Shown piece by piece: positions 49,653-60,975 of a DNA stretch of 64,000 bases. Each line of letters opens with the position of its first letter. Position 1 is the first letter of the stretch. Under the pieces are notes generated by a model. It had not been told where the DNA came from. It ran no database searches and saw only the letters and a list, made by a program, of their open reading frames with translations. Source of the stretch: Pseudomonadota bacterium. Lineage in GTDB: Bacteria; Pseudomonadota; Gammaproteobacteria; Burkholderiales; Thiobacillaceae. The stretch is from the NCBI GenBank assembly GCA_021783275.1, contig JAJXUA010000001.1:1365-65364 (forward strand). Reading direction: 5' to 3'. A program made the position numbers and the translations under genes.

Positions 49653-50995
49653 AAAACCCCCTGATCCTGCTGGTGGATGACGACGCTTCGCTGCGCGCAC
49701 TCATCACCCTGCGGCTGGAAGCCAATGGTTTCGATGTCGTAACCGCCAGCAGTGGTGAGGCGGCATTGGCGCAGCTGGCGCTGACCCGGCCGGATGCCGT
49801 GCTGACGGATATCCAGATGGACGGCATGGACGGCATGGTCCTGTTTCGTGCGATACAGGCACGGGACCCCGCCCTGCCGGTCATCGTGCTGACCGCGCAT
49901 GGCACCATTCCGGATGCGGTCGCCGCCACCCAGCACGGACTGTTTGGTTACCTCACCAAACCCTATGACGCGCCCACCCTGATCGACCTGCTCAAGCGCG
50001 CCACCCGGCTGGGCAGTGGTGTTGACCGCAACGATGACTGGCGCAGTGAAATCATCACGGCCAGTGCCACGATGGAAACCCTGCTGGCCGAAGCGCGTCT
50101 GGCGGCACGCAGCGAAGCCGCGCTGCTGATACGCGGCGAATCCGGGACCGGCAAGGAACTGCTGGCACGCGCGATACACCGGGCCAGTCCACGACAGGCC
50201 AAGCCCTTTGTTGCCCTCAACTGCGGCGCCATCCCGGCCGAACTGCTCGAGTCCGAACTGTTCGGCCACGTCAAAGGCGCGTTTACCGGGTCCACGCGGG
50301 ACCACGACGGGCTGTTTCTGTCGGCAGAGGGCGGTACCGTGTTCCTCGATGAAATCGGCGACATGCCGACCGCACTCCAGGTCAAGCTGCTGCGGGTATT
50401 GCAGGAAGGCGAGGTACGGCCGGTGGGCGCGTCGGCCACCCGGCGCATCGACGTGCGGATCGTGTCGGCCACGCACCGCAATCTGGAAGAGGCCGTGGCG
50501 GGCGAAAGCTTCCGCGAGGACCTCTACTACCGCCTGAATGTGGTCAACCTCGCCCTGCCCCCCCTGCGTGAACGTCGCGAAGATATTCCGCTGCTCGCGC
50601 AGCATTTTCTGGAAACGCTTTCACAAACGGCACCCCGGCGTATCCGGGGGTTTGCGCCGGATGCCATCGATATCCTGATGGCCTCGGACTGGCCGGGCAA
50701 TATCCGCCAGTTGCGCAACGTGATCGAGCAATGTTGTGCGCTGGCGACCACATCGACGATACCGGCCACGCTGGTGACGCGCGCGCTGCGCGACCGGCCC
50801 GCTGAAATCCGCCCCCTGGCCGAGGCGCGCGCCGAATTCGAACGCGATTACCTGATCAACCTGCTGAAGCTCACGCGGGGTCAGGTCAGTGAAGTGGCGC
50901 GTCTGGCCGGACGCAACCGCACTGAAGTCTATCGCCTGCTGCAACGTCACCAGCTCAGCCCCGCCCTGTTCAAAAACCAGGACGGCAACGCCTGA
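49649..50995 (+). CDS. glrR: Sigma54-dependent response regulator, GlrR/QseF type
   Basis: Receiver domain; GESGTGKE, ESELFGH.KGAFTG, FLDEIGD, FREDLYYRL; GlrR-type tail ARLAGRNRTEVYRLL. Confidence 0.85.
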   Translation: MKNPLILLVDDDASLRALITLRLEANGFDVVTASSGEAALAQLALTRPDAVLTDIQMDGMDGMVLFRAIQARDPALPVIVLTAHGTIPDAVAATQHGLFGYLTKPYDAPTLIDLLKRATRLGSGVDRNDDWRSEIITASATMETLLAEARLAARSEAALLIRGESGTGKELLARAIHRASPRQAKPFVALNCGAIPAELLESELFGHVKGAFTGSTRDHDGLFLSAEGGTVFLDEIGDMPTALQVKLLRVLQEGEVRPVGASATRRIDVRIVSATHRNLEEAVAGESFREDLYYRLNVVNLALPPLRERREDIPLLAQHFLETLSQTAPRRIRGFAPDAIDILMASDWPGNIRQLRNVIEQCCALATTSTIPATLVTRALRDRPAEIRPLAEARAEFERDYLINLLKLTRGQVSEVARLAGRNRTEVYRLLQRHQLSPALFKNQDGNA

Positions 50996-51057
50996 AGCCT
51001 GCCTGACGCATCACCGCATCCGGGCGAAACGTTGCGCTGCCGCGTTTCCGTCCACAG

Positions 51058-51239
51058 CGTCTCACCCTGACGACAGGGATTACTGTTAGCAATCAATGCG
51101 TTGCCCTTTCAGCGCCGCAGGCGTCGCTCATGGGCGACAAATCGTCGGCGTTTTCGCTGTCCCGCCCGGTGACACGCCTGAAAAAATGATTCAAGTATCT
51201 GATTTGTTTTAATAAATCCATACTGGAATGCTTATCGCT
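51058..51239 (+). promoter_or_regulatory. Predicted GlrR-activated sigma54 promoter
   Basis: CGTC-N10-GACA at 51058 and 51122, TGTC-N9-GACA at 51158; IHF-like AATCAG-N4-TTG on minus strand 51192-51204; -24/-12 TGGAAT-N5-TCGCT at 51224-51239. Confidence 0.72.
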
Positions 51240-51290
51240 ATAGCTACTCCGAGTGTTGTTCACTCACTTGTTCATCACACAGGAGTCATC

Positions 51291-51809
51291 ATGAAATCAC
51301 GATCACATCACAACACCCTCAATCTGGCACTGGCAAGCGTACTGGGTATCGTCGCGACCTCCCCAGTCTGGGCCGACACGACGACCGCACCCAAACCCGC
51401 CAACCCTGCCGCCCTGTTCCAGAGCTATGACCAGAATGGGGACAAGCAGGTCACGCTGGAAGAATTCAGCGCACAAGGCGGACAGGAATCGACATTCAAG
51501 ACAGGCGACGCCAACGCAGATGGCAACCTGAGTGTGAATGAGTTTGCCAAAATTATGGCTTCGAACAAAGGCGACAAATCGTCCAAATTCATCAGCGATG
51601 CGCTGATCACGGCCAAAGTGAAGGCCATGCTGTTGAAGGATGACAGTATCAAGGGCCTGGATGTCAACGTGGACACCCATCAGGGGATGGTGCAGCTATC
51701 CGGGACGGTGGCCTCGCCCGCACAGCTTGTCGATGCCGGTCGGCTTGCCGCCAGCGTCGAAGGCGTGCGCTCGGTGCGCAACGATCTGCAAATCAAGGCT
51801 CCCAGCTAA
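51291..51809 (+). CDS. Secreted EF-hand plus BON-domain protein
   Basis: Signal peptide; EF-hands DQNGDKQVTLEEF and DANADGNLSVNEF; BON SDALITAKVKAML...V.V.T..G.V.LSG.V. Confidence 0.85.
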   Translation: MKSRSHHNTLNLALASVLGIVATSPVWADTTTAPKPANPAALFQSYDQNGDKQVTLEEFSAQGGQESTFKTGDANADGNLSVNEFAKIMASNKGDKSSKFISDALITAKVKAMLLKDDSIKGLDVNVDTHQGMVQLSGTVASPAQLVDAGRLAASVEGVRSVRNDLQIKAPS

Positions 51810-51868
51810 GCACGTTCGCAACCGTTCACGCGTGGCGCTTGATGGCCACGCGTGATGAGGAGACACGC

Positions 51869-52075
51869 ATGTCGCAATCCCCCGACTCAAGCGAGGCCAG
51901 GTTGCCTCCTTCGAAAACGCCTGCCAGCTTGACCCGCATACACGATGAAAAACGCAGCATCATCGACCAGCTGACCCAGGTGCTGGAAGACAAATTCGGC
52001 CTCACGGCAGATGAAGCCCGGCGCAAGATCGTCGCCATACAACAGAGCGTCAGCAAAACCGGGCCGACAGACTGA
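51869..52075 (+). CDS. Small hypothetical protein, weakly CsbD-like at the C-terminus
   Basis: GAGGAG RBS; DQLTQVLEDKFGLTADEARRKI; followed by a terminator. Confidence 0.5.
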   Translation: MSQSPDSSEARLPPSKTPASLTRIHDEKRSIIDQLTQVLEDKFGLTADEARRKIVAIQQSVSKTGPTD

Positions 52076-52132
52076 TCCCCGCGCATCCGGCTGCGCGTGG
52101 GCACCTGCCATCGCGCGTGTTTTGCATCACCT

Positions 52133-52166
52133 GGCCAGCCGCACGCAGCGTCTGGCCGTTTTTTTG
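52133..52166 (+). terminator. Rho-independent terminator
   Basis: GGCCAG...CTGGCC stem followed by GTTTTTTT. Confidence 0.6.
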
Positions 52167-52305
52167 TACCGGCCCGGCGGGGTAACACAGCGTTACACAC
52201 CGTAACCCCCTCTACACACAGCCCTTACATCAGGCTCCTACAGTGCAGTTGTCCGCTGACGCAACACTATCGCAGCGACACCTTCAACCACACAGGAGTC
52301 TCACC

Positions 52306-52713
52306 ATGAAAAACCGCAACCTTAAGACCACCCTCTCGATACTGAGCCTGAGCCTGATCGGCCTGACTGCCGGGACAGCGAACGCAGCCTGGGGACATGA
52401 CCGCGGCTTTGAGCACGGACAACATTCGCAAAGCCGGGGCTACAGCCAGCAGATCAATGCGCGTCAGCAAGCCCAGATGCAGCGTATCGAAGCGGGCCTG
52501 CGCAATGGCCATCTGACCCGCGCCGAGTTCCGCGAACTGATGCGCGAGCAGAATGGCATCCGCAACATGGAGCAGCGCTTTCGTGCAGATGGGCACTTGA
52601 ATCAGCGTGAATATGCACGGCTGGATCGTGCCCTGGATGATGCCAATCGCAATATTCGCGATGAAAAGCATGACCGCCAGGCACGTTATGGTGACAGCCC
52701 GCGTTATCGTTGA
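52306..52713 (+). CDS. Secreted helical-repeat hypothetical protein
   Basis: AGGAG RBS; signal peptide ending ANA; repeats GHLTRAEFREL and GHLNQREYARL. Confidence 0.75.
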   Translation: MKNRNLKTTLSILSLSLIGLTAGTANAAWGHDRGFEHGQHSQSRGYSQQINARQQAQMQRIEAGLRNGHLTRAEFRELMREQNGIRNMEQRFRADGHLNQREYARLDRALDDANRNIRDEKHDRQARYGDSPRYR

Positions 52714-52936
52714 GTCGACGCCAGTGCGCTACCCGCGTACTGGCATGACCTTGGACAGCGGGCCTGGATCGTCATCCCGGCTGCCCATCGATTGCGCTTT
52801 CCGTGAATCATGACAAACTTGCCGCCGGGGCGGGGCCTGTCGGGGGCATTTCGCATCGCGAGCCGCCTTTGATTGACCCGACCCGAACGAAAAGACAGCC
52901 ATCATGATTTTGAATACCCTAATTTCTGGAGATGTC

Positions 52937-53524
52937 ATGAAATCAATCCCCCTACTCGCACTCGTCGGCCTGATGGCCACTGGACCGGCGCTTGCCGATC
53001 CGCCTGCCCACGCACCGGCACATGGCTACGATAAACACGGTCGTGATCACGACGACCACAATCATCGCAAATACAAAAAGGACAAACACGCCAAACATTA
53101 CCCGGGCAAAAGCGGCGTGGTGTATGTCCACGACTACGGCATCCAGTCCGGGCGCTGCAACCGTGACGAAATCGGCGCCGTGATTGGCGGAGTGACCGGT
53201 GCAGTGGTCGGCGGACAGGTCGTCAATCGCGATGATCGTGCAGTCGGCATGGTCGTCGGCGGTGTGCTCGGCGCAGTGCTGGGCCACGCCATCGGCGACC
53301 GTATGGACGAACGTGACCGCGCCTGCATGGGGCACGCGCTCGAACTGGGCCGACCGGGCGTGCCGGTGGTCTGGAGCCACGATGGTCGGCGCTATGATTT
53401 CACGCCGCGCGGTGACGCCCGCGACGGTTGCCGGCTGGCCACGCTGTCGGTAGATGGCCGCAAGCCGCGTGAAGTGGTGGCCTGTCCGTCCGGGAAGGGC
53501 AGCTGGACCTTCCGCCGCACCTGA
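52937..53524 (+). CDS. Glycine-zipper surface protein (17 kDa antigen-like)
   Basis: Signal peptide; PP.HAPAHGY; His-rich tract; GAVIGGVTGAVVG...GGVLGAVLG..IG..MD..DRAC. Confidence 0.8.
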   Translation: MKSIPLLALVGLMATGPALADPPAHAPAHGYDKHGRDHDDHNHRKYKKDKHAKHYPGKSGVVYVHDYGIQSGRCNRDEIGAVIGGVTGAVVGGQVVNRDDRAVGMVVGGVLGAVLGHAIGDRMDERDRACMGHALELGRPGVPVVWSHDGRRYDFTPRGDARDGCRLATLSVDGRKPREVVACPSGKGSWTFRRT

Positions 53525-53585
53525 CGTCGCGCAAGCCGGGTGACCTCGCCTGCTAGAATGCGGGCTTTGTTTCACGGCTTGCTGC

Positions 53586-54653
53586 ATGTCCGCTCTCAAG
53601 AACGACACTTTCCTGCGCGCCCTGTTGCGCCAGCCCACGGATTACACCCCGCTCTGGCTGATGCGACAGGCCGGGCGCTATCTGCCTGAATACAACGCCA
53701 CCCGCGCCCGCGCGGGCGATTTCCTCACGCTGTGTAAAACGCCCGACCTCGCAACCGAGGTGACACTGCAACCCTTGGCGCGCTATCCGCTCGACGCGGC
53801 GATCCTGTTTTCCGACATTCTCACCGTGCCCGATGCGATGGGGCTGGGCCTGTATTTCGCGCCAGGCGAGGGGCCGCGCTTCGAACGTCCGCTGCGTGAT
53901 GAATGGGAAATCCGCGACCTTTCCGCGCCCGATCCGAACGACAAGCTCGGCTACGTGATGGACGCGGTGCGCTCAATCCGTCGCGCACTGGACAACTCGG
54001 TGCCGCTGATCGGCTTTTCCGGCAGCCCCTACACCCTGGCGTGCTACATGATCGAAGGCGGCAGTTCGGACGATTACCGCCATATCAAAACCATGCTTTA
54101 CAGCCGCCCTGATCTGTTGCACCGCATCCTCGAGGTGACCACCCGGGCGGTCATCGACTATCTCAATGCGCAAATCGAAGCGGGCGCGCAGGCGGTGATG
54201 ATTTTCGATTCCTGGGGCGGCAGCCTCACACCGCACGCGTACCGTGAATTCTCGCTGTCCTATATGGAACGCATCGTCGCCGCGCTCATCCAAGAGCGTG
54301 ACGGTCGCCGCGTGCCCAGCATAGTGTTCACCAAAGGCGGCGGCAACTGGCTGGAAGCGATGGCTGCCATCGGAGCGGATGCCGTCGGGCTGGACTGGAG
54401 CACGGACATCGGCGAAGCCCGCCGTCGCGTTAACGGCAAAGTCGCGCTGCAGGGCAACCTCGACCCCAACGCCCTGCACGGCTCGGCCGACAACATCCGC
54501 ATCGAGGCAGCCCGCATTCTGGACGCGTACGGCAACCATCCCGGCCATGTCTTCAATCTGGGACATGGCATTTCGCAGTTCACCGACCCCGCCAAGGTCG
54601 GCGTGCTGGTCGAAGCGGTTCACAACCACCGGCGCGCCCTGCAGGCGGCCTGA
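53586..54653 (+). CDS. hemE: Uroporphyrinogen decarboxylase
   Basis: [38 protein letters not shown]. Confidence 0.98.
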   Translation: MSALKNDTFLRALLRQPTDYTPLWLMRQAGRYLPEYNATRARAGDFLTLCKTPDLATEVTLQPLARYPLDAAILFSDILTVPDAMGLGLYFAPGEGPRFERPLRDEWEIRDLSAPDPNDKLGYVMDAVRSIRRALDNSVPLIGFSGSPYTLACYMIEGGSSDDYRHIKTMLYSRPDLLHRILEVTTRAVIDYLNAQIEAGAQAVMIFDSWGGSLTPHAYREFSLSYMERIVAALIQERDGRRVPSIVFTKGGGNWLEAMAAIGADAVGLDWSTDIGEARRRVNGKVALQGNLDPNALHGSADNIRIEAARILDAYGNHPGHVFNLGHGISQFTDPAKVGVLVEAVHNHRRALQAA

Positions 54654-54681
54654 TTATTCACTTCATTCTCCGGAATCTCCC

Positions 54682-55500
54682 ATGAAAAAAGTTCTTGTCG
54701 GTCTGTTTGCCCTGTTGATCGGGTTCGGCCTCAACGTACACGTAGCCGAGGCTAAACGTTTTGGCGGCGGCAAATCCTTCGGTATGCAGCGCAACGCCCC
54801 CGCCAAACAGAACACCGCCCCCGCACCGCAACGCCAGCCCGGCACACCCGCGCAGACCGCCCCGCAGCGTAGCTGGATGGGGCCGATCGCCGGACTCGCT
54901 GCCGGACTGGGACTGGCGGCCCTGTTTTCGCATCTGGGTCTGGGCGCTGAAATGGCCAATTTCCTGATGCTGGCCTTGCTCGCCTTTGCGGGATACATGC
55001 TTTTTCGTTTTCTGCTGCGCAAGAATGCGCCCGCCACCCCTGCGATGCAGTACGCGGGCAATGCCCCGGCTGCGACACCGCTGCGTTTTGACACGGGCTC
55101 GGCTCCCGCCGGGTCGGTGACGCACGCGTTTCCGCCGGGCTTTGACGCCGCAGCCTTTGCGCGTGAAGCCAAACTCAATTTCATCCGCTTGCAGGCCGCA
55201 TTTGATGCCCGCGATCTGGACGACCTGCGGGCTTTTACCACGCCCGAAGTGTTCGCCGAACTGACCATGCAACTGGGCGAACACGTTACCGCCGATCAGG
55301 TGACCGATGTTCTGCTCGTTGACGCCGAGGTGATCGAAGCAACCGAAGAGGCCGGACGCATGATCGTCAGCGTGCGCTTTACCGGTGAAGTGCGCGAGGC
55401 CCCAGAGGCTGCGCCCGTCGGCTTTGACGAAGTCTGGCATCTGGTCAAACCGGCGCAGGGCACAGGCGGCTGGCTCATTTCTGGCTTGCAGCAGCTATAA
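54682..55500 (+). CDS. Tim44-domain membrane protein
   Basis: AEAKRFGGGKSFG, GLAAGLGLAAL, AK.NFIRLQAA.D, SVRF.G, EVWHL.K. Confidence 0.88.
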   Translation: MKKVLVGLFALLIGFGLNVHVAEAKRFGGGKSFGMQRNAPAKQNTAPAPQRQPGTPAQTAPQRSWMGPIAGLAAGLGLAALFSHLGLGAEMANFLMLALLAFAGYMLFRFLLRKNAPATPAMQYAGNAPAATPLRFDTGSAPAGSVTHAFPPGFDAAAFAREAKLNFIRLQAAFDARDLDDLRAFTTPEVFAELTMQLGEHVTADQVTDVLLVDAEVIEATEEAGRMIVSVRFTGEVREAPEAAPVGFDEVWHLVKPAQGTGGWLISGLQQL

Positions 55501-55506
55501 GCCCAA

Positions 55507-55805
55507 TAAAATCAAATACCTGTATGCCTATAAAGGGCACGGACCGGGGTTGGCCCACCTTTAGCAGGGTTAACTTATGCACAGTTTTAGAGCAGGGGAA
55601 CTTTATTTGTGTCAGGCTATTGACAGCGCACCTGTATTTACAAGTCAATGAATTAAATAATAAAAACGGCTTGCCTGCTTTTTGACCGTTCGGGCCAGTC
55701 CTACGAAATACGGGCGTTGAGCGGCCAAACGGCTAAAGCACCCACATAATTATCCACAGCTTGCGTGGACAAAGCCGGATAAGCTTTTCATTCCAATTAC
55801 TTACA
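55507..55805. promoter_or_regulatory. AT-rich DnaA-box cluster upstream of priA
   Basis: TTATCCACA at 55750, TTATGCACA at 55575, weaker boxes at 55738, 55764, 55774; IHF-like AATCAA near 55510. Confidence 0.65.
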
Positions 55806-55844
55806 CGCTTTTTTCCGACGCGCCCTCAGAAATATCCGTTAATC

Positions 55845-58031
55845 ATGCCGCCCATCATCCAGGTCGCACTCGATACGCCGCTTCCCCGGCTGTTCGATTA
55901 TCGCGTGCCGGAGGGTCAGGATATTCCGCCGGTCGGCGCGCTGGTCGAAGTCCCGTTCGGTCGTACCCGCCAGATCGGCGTGGCATTGGGAACAACTGAT
56001 AGCAGCCTGATCGAAACCGGCAAACTGCGCGACCTGCTGCGGGTGCTGGATGACCGCCCGGCAATCAGCGCCGACATCCTGCGGCTGGCCCAGTTCTGTG
56101 CGGACTATTACCACTATCCGCTGGGCGCGATTCTGCTGTCCAGCCTGCCGCCGCGCCTGCGCCGGGCAGCCCCCTTTACGACCCCTGCCCCCTGGCTGGT
56201 GGTCACCGAAGCCGGGCGGCTCGCCGCCCCCCCGGCGCGCGCGCAGGCACAACGGGTTTTGCTCGACACACTGAAAATCTCGGCCCAAGCACGGTCGGCG
56301 CTGCTCGAAAAAAAACAGGGCCGTCACGCCAGCACCCTGGTCGCGGCGGGCTGGGCGGGCTGGGCGAGCTGGGCGCAGGTCGCGCCTGCGTCGCGTGATG
56401 CGCCCGCCAGCGCGCCCCATCCGGAGGCAACCCCGGAGCAGCAGGCTGCGCTCGATACCTTGTTACCGACGATGTCCTGTTTCGGTGTCCATCTGGTTCA
56501 CGGGGTCACCGGGTGTGGCAAAACCGAGTTGTACCTGCGCCTCATCGACCATGCCCTGCGCGCAGGCCGGCAGTGTCTGGTTCTGATCCCGGAAATTGCG
56601 CTCACGCCACAGCTGGAGCAGCATTTCCGCGCCCGTTTTCCCGGTCGCCATATCGTGACCCTGCACAGCGGCCTGGCCGAAAAGGCGCGCGCGGAAAACT
56701 GGCTCGCCAGCGCCGGATGCGACATGCTGATCGGAACCCGCCTCTCGGTCTTTGCGCCTTTGCCCCGGCTGGGGCTGATCGTGGTGGACGAAGAACATGA
56801 TGGCTCATTCAAGCAGCAGGACGGCCTGCGCTATTCCGCGCGTGATGTGGCGATCACCCGTGGCAAACAGATGAACGCGCCGGTCGTGCTCGGCTCTGCC
56901 ACACCCTCGCTGGAAAGCTACGCACAGGCGCTGAACGGCCGCTACCAGCTGATCGAACTGAAGCAGCGCGCCATCCGCCAGGCGCGCCTGCCCGACATAC
57001 GCTTGATCGACCTGAAGCATCTGCCACTCGACAACGGCCTGTCGCATGCGGCCGTGCAGGCGCTGGCCGACACCCTGGCGCGCGGCGAACAGAGTCTCGT
57101 CTTCCTCAACCGGCGTGGCTATGCACCCGCGCTGTATTGCCCCAGTTGCGCCTGGGTATCGCCCTGCCCGCACTGCTCCGGGCGGCTGGTGCTGCATCGC
57201 GCCACGTCGCCCACCCGCCGGGCAGCCCGTCTGAAATGCCATCACTGCGGGCACGAAACGGGGGTGCCGGCCGTATGCCCGGGCTGTGGCAATCCTGATC
57301 TGAAAGCGCTCGGCCAGGGCACGCAACGCGTCGAAGAAACACTCGCGACGCTGTTGCCGGACGCGCGCATCCGGCGCATCGATCGCGACACCATGCGTCC
57401 GCGTGCCTGGGCCGAACTGGGACACGCCGTGCGCACACGCGAAGTCGATATCCTGGTCGGCACGCAAATGCTTGCCAAAGGCCACGACTTCCCCGACATG
57501 ACGCTGGCCGTGATACTCGATACCGACGGTGCACTGTACAGCCCGGACTTTCGGGCGACTGAGCGGCTGTTTGCCCAGCTCATGCAGGTTTCCGGGCGCG
57601 CGGGGCGTGCGGACAAACCGGGGCAGGTGCTGATCCAGACGGCCTTTCCCGACCATCCCCTGTTCCGCTACCTGCAACGCCATGACTACGCCGGGTATGC
57701 GCGCGAACTGCTGAAGGAGCGCACGCAACTCGACCTGCCTCCGGTCACGCGGCAGGTCTTGCTGCGTGCCGAGGCGGTGAGCATGGACGCGGCTCTCGCT
57801 TTTTTACGCCGCGCAGCAGGCTGTGTTCCCGCCCGTCCCCAGGTCAGCGTATTCAACCCCACACCCGCCCCGATGGCACGGGTGGCCAATCTCGAACGCG
57901 CGCAACTGCTGATTCAGTCAACGACACGGCAAGCCTTGCAGGGGTTTGTCCGTGACTGGCGACCCGCGCTGGAAAACATCAAGCCGCGCATCGCACGCTG
58001 GTCGCTGGATGTCGATCCGCTGGTGTTCTGA
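55845..58031 (+). CDS. priA: Primosomal protein N'
   Basis: [34 protein letters not shown], four CxxC pairs, [12 protein letters not shown]. Confidence 0.97.
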   Translation: MPPIIQVALDTPLPRLFDYRVPEGQDIPPVGALVEVPFGRTRQIGVALGTTDSSLIETGKLRDLLRVLDDRPAISADILRLAQFCADYYHYPLGAILLSSLPPRLRRAAPFTTPAPWLVVTEAGRLAAPPARAQAQRVLLDTLKISAQARSALLEKKQGRHASTLVAAGWAGWASWAQVAPASRDAPASAPHPEATPEQQAALDTLLPTMSCFGVHLVHGVTGCGKTELYLRLIDHALRAGRQCLVLIPEIALTPQLEQHFRARFPGRHIVTLHSGLAEKARAENWLASAGCDMLIGTRLSVFAPLPRLGLIVVDEEHDGSFKQQDGLRYSARDVAITRGKQMNAPVVLGSATPSLESYAQALNGRYQLIELKQRAIRQARLPDIRLIDLKHLPLDNGLSHAAVQALADTLARGEQSLVFLNRRGYAPALYCPSCAWVSPCPHCSGRLVLHRATSPTRRAARLKCHHCGHETGVPAVCPGCGNPDLKALGQGTQRVEETLATLLPDARIRRIDRDTMRPRAWAELGHAVRTREVDILVGTQMLAKGHDFPDMTLAVILDTDGALYSPDFRATERLFAQLMQVSGRAGRADKPGQVLIQTAFPDHPLFRYLQRHDYAGYARELLKERTQLDLPPVTRQVLLRAEAVSMDAALAFLRRAAGCVPARPQVSVFNPTPAPMARVANLERAQLLIQSTTRQALQGFVRDWRPALENIKPRIARWSLDVDPLVF

Positions 58032-58104
58032 TCACGCTGCGCCCGGCGCTATAATCGCGGCTCTCATTGGCCAATCCGAAGCGGCATTCCGCGCGACCGT
58101 CCGC

Positions 58105-59778
58105 ATGTCCCAGGCTTTTTCGCTTAAACCCGCACTCATCACCCTGTTACAGGATGCGCTCGCCCGCGTAGCACCTGATGCGGCACTAACACTCGAACTC
58201 GAACGCCCCAAAAACGCCGCGCACGGCGATTTTTCCAGCAATGTCGCCATGCAGCTGGCGCGTCCGCTGAAGAAAAATCCGCGCGCGCTGGCGCAAGCGC
58301 TGCTCGACACACTGCCTGCCTCACCGCTGATCGCCCGGACAGAGATCGCGGGCGCAGGCTTCATCAACTTCCATCTCACGCCGCTTGCCTGGCACGGCAT
58401 CGTGCCGACGATACGCGCCGCAGGTGCAGCTTACGGCACGAGTAACACAGGCGCAGGCCACAAAGTGGTGGTGGAGTTTGTCTCGGCCAACCCGACCGGG
58501 CCGCTGCATGTGGGACACGGTCGCCAGGCGGCGCTCGGCGATGCGCTGTGCAATCTATATGCAGCGCAAGGCTGGCAGGTGTATCGCGAGTTTTATTACA
58601 ACGATGCGGGTGTCCAGATCGCCACGCTGACAAACAGCGTGCAGGCACGCGCGCGTGGCTTGAAGCCGGGCGACACGGACTGGCCGGCGTCGGCCTACAA
58701 CGGCGACTACATTGCCGAGATTGCAGCGGATTTTCTGGCGCGGAAAACAGTGCACGCGGACGACCGTGAATTCACCGCATCGGGTGATGTCAACGACCTC
58801 GATTCGATCCGCCAGTTTGCAGTGGCGTATCTGCGGCATGAACAGGATCTCGATTTGCAGGCCTTTGCCGTGCGCTTCGACAACTACTATCTGGAGTCGA
58901 GCCTGTACACCAGCGGGCGCGTCGCGGCGACCGTGCAAAAGCTGATCGACGCGGGCAAGACCTTTGAGGCGGACGGTGCACTGTGGCTGCGCACCACCGA
59001 CTACGGTGACGACAAGGACCGCGTGATGAAAAAGTCCGACGGCACTTACACCTATTTCGTGCCGGACGTGGCGTATCACCTGGCCAAGTGGGAACGTGGT
59101 TTCGAGCGCGCGATCAATATCCAGGGCACCGACCACCACGGCACGATTGCACGGGTGCGGGCCGGTGTGCAGGCCGCCGGTGAAGGCGTTGCGCCCGGCT
59201 ATCCGGACTATCTGCTGCACACCATGATCCGCGTGGTGCGTGGCGGCGAAGAAGTGAAAATCTCCAAACGCGCAGGCAGCTATGTGACGCTGCGCGACCT
59301 GATCGAATGGACCAGCAAGGACGCGGTGCGGTTTTTCCTCATCAGCCGCAAGCCCGATACTGAATACACCTTTGACGTTGACCTGGCACTGGCCAAAAAT
59401 AATGACAACCCGGTGTATTACGTGCAGTACGCCCACGCCCGCATCTGTCGCGTGTTTGAAGAATGGGCCGGTGAACCCGCCACGCTGGCGCACACCGACC
59501 TTGCTTCGTTGACGTCCTCCCACGCGCTGGCCTTGATGCAGCGGCTGGCTGAATTCCCCGAGGTCGTTGCGGAGGCGGCACGCGACCTGGCGCCCCATGG
59601 GGTGGTGCATTACCTGCAAACGCTGGCGGGTGATTTCCACGCCTGGTACAACGCCGAAAAATTCCTGGTGGACGACGCAACCGTGAAGCACGCCCGCCTG
59701 GCGCTGGCCGACGCCACCCGAACCACCCTCGTGAACGGGCTGGCCTTGCTAGGCGTATCTGCACCGGAGACAATGTAG
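58105..59778 (+). CDS. argS: Arginine--tRNA ligase
   Basis: [52 protein letters not shown]. Confidence 0.97.
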   Translation: MSQAFSLKPALITLLQDALARVAPDAALTLELERPKNAAHGDFSSNVAMQLARPLKKNPRALAQALLDTLPASPLIARTEIAGAGFINFHLTPLAWHGIVPTIRAAGAAYGTSNTGAGHKVVVEFVSANPTGPLHVGHGRQAALGDALCNLYAAQGWQVYREFYYNDAGVQIATLTNSVQARARGLKPGDTDWPASAYNGDYIAEIAADFLARKTVHADDREFTASGDVNDLDSIRQFAVAYLRHEQDLDLQAFAVRFDNYYLESSLYTSGRVAATVQKLIDAGKTFEADGALWLRTTDYGDDKDRVMKKSDGTYTYFVPDVAYHLAKWERGFERAINIQGTDHHGTIARVRAGVQAAGEGVAPGYPDYLLHTMIRVVRGGEEVKISKRAGSYVTLRDLIEWTSKDAVRFFLISRKPDTEYTFDVDLALAKNNDNPVYYVQYAHARICRVFEEWAGEPATLAHTDLASLTSSHALALMQRLAEFPEVVAEAARDLAPHGVVHYLQTLAGDFHAWYNAEKFLVDDATVKHARLALADATRTTLVNGLALLGVSAPETM

Positions 59779-59780
59779 CC

Positions 59781-60314
59781 ATGGCCAAACCCGCTTCCCG
59801 CCCCACCAAACGTGGTGGCAGCTCTGCTTTCCCTGCCATGCTGATCGGCCTGAGTATCGGTGCCATCCTCGCTGCGATCGTCGCGATCTGGGTCACCGGC
59901 AACAATCCGTTCAAATCCATCGTGCCGCAACCCGCGCCGGTCGCGGCACCGGCCCCCCCGTCCAAACCCGAGGCGGCCCCCAACTTTGATTTCTATGAAG
60001 TGTTGCCGGGGGATGCCCCCGCCCCTGCCCCAGCTGCGCAGGACAAACCGGTGATCCCCGAGGTGTTCTACCTGCAGGCCGGCGCATTCCAGAGCCCGGC
60101 CGACGCCGACAACCTGAAAGCCCAGCTGGCCCTGCTGGGCCTGGAAGCGGTAATCCAGACCAGTGATCAGGGCGACAAGGGCGTATTTCACCGGGTTCGC
60201 GTGGGGCCACTGTCCGCCATGGATGAGGTTGAACGCACCCGCAGCCTGCTGACGCTGAACAATATCCCCGTTACGCTGGTCAGAGAGACACCCCAATCAC
60301 AGGAGACGCCTTGA
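59781..60314 (+). CDS. SPOR-domain cell division protein, FtsN-like
   Basis: Single TM, FDFYEVLP, YLQAGAF....AD.LKA.LAL.G, RVRVGP. Confidence 0.88.
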   Translation: MAKPASRPTKRGGSSAFPAMLIGLSIGAILAAIVAIWVTGNNPFKSIVPQPAPVAAPAPPSKPEAAPNFDFYEVLPGDAPAPAPAAQDKPVIPEVFYLQAGAFQSPADADNLKAQLALLGLEAVIQTSDQGDKGVFHRVRVGPLSAMDEVERTRSLLTLNNIPVTLVRETPQSQETP

Positions 60315-60973
60315 TGTTTACCCGCGCACTGGCCTTGCTGGCCGCCGCTGTTTTGTCCTGGCCTGCCCAAGCCGCGCCCGATACGGTATTTGAAGGCCAT
60401 GACTATATACGTCTGGAAAGCCCGCAGCCGGTCAGCACCGGCAAGAAAATCGAGGTCCTGGAGTTTTTCTGGTACCGCTGCCCGCATTGCTTCCAGCTTG
60501 AACCGGGGCTCAACCAGTGGCTGAAAACCCTGCCCAAGGATGCACAGATCCGTCGCGTGCCCGCCGTCTTCCGCCCCGACTGGATGCCCGGTGCCAAGCT
60601 GTATTACACGCTGGAGCAGATGGGTTTGCTCGGCCGCCTGCACGACAAGGTGTTTGATGCGTATCACATCAAGCAGATCGACCTGAACAATCCGGCTGTG
60701 CTCGGCAGCTGGATTGCTCAGCAGGGCGTGGATCGCAAAAAATTCGAGGCTGTCTACAACTCGTTCTCGACCCAGTCGAAGGCGACCCAGGGCGGCCAGC
60801 TGGCAGGAAAATATATCGGTGGCCCGATCAACGGCGTGCCGGCGTTTTTCATCGACGGCAAATTCGGCACGTCGGTATCGACGGCTGGCAGTGAGCCACG
60901 CCTGTTTGAAGTGCTGGATCAATTGATCGTCAAGGCACGCGCCGAACGCGCGGGCAAGAAAAGCGGCAAATAA
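60314..60973 (+). CDS. dsbA: Thiol:disulfide interchange protein
   Basis: EVLEFFWYRCPHC, GVPAF; argS-SPOR-dsbA-SDR synteny. Confidence 0.92.
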   Translation: MFTRALALLAAAVLSWPAQAAPDTVFEGHDYIRLESPQPVSTGKKIEVLEFFWYRCPHCFQLEPGLNQWLKTLPKDAQIRRVPAVFRPDWMPGAKLYYTLEQMGLLGRLHDKVFDAYHIKQIDLNNPAVLGSWIAQQGVDRKKFEAVYNSFSTQSKATQGGQLAGKYIGGPINGVPAFFIDGKFGTSVSTAGSEPRLFEVLDQLIVKARAERAGKKSGK

Positions 60974-60975
60974 GC

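Noticed and set aside
51826-51855. Perfect hairpin TCACGCGTGGC-N8-GCCACGCGTGA as an sRNA or REP element
   Set aside because: Single copy seen, no U tail, no other support
52182-52243. TTACA/CTACA repeats as a response-regulator box
   Set aside because: Short and irregularly spaced; cannot be told from chance
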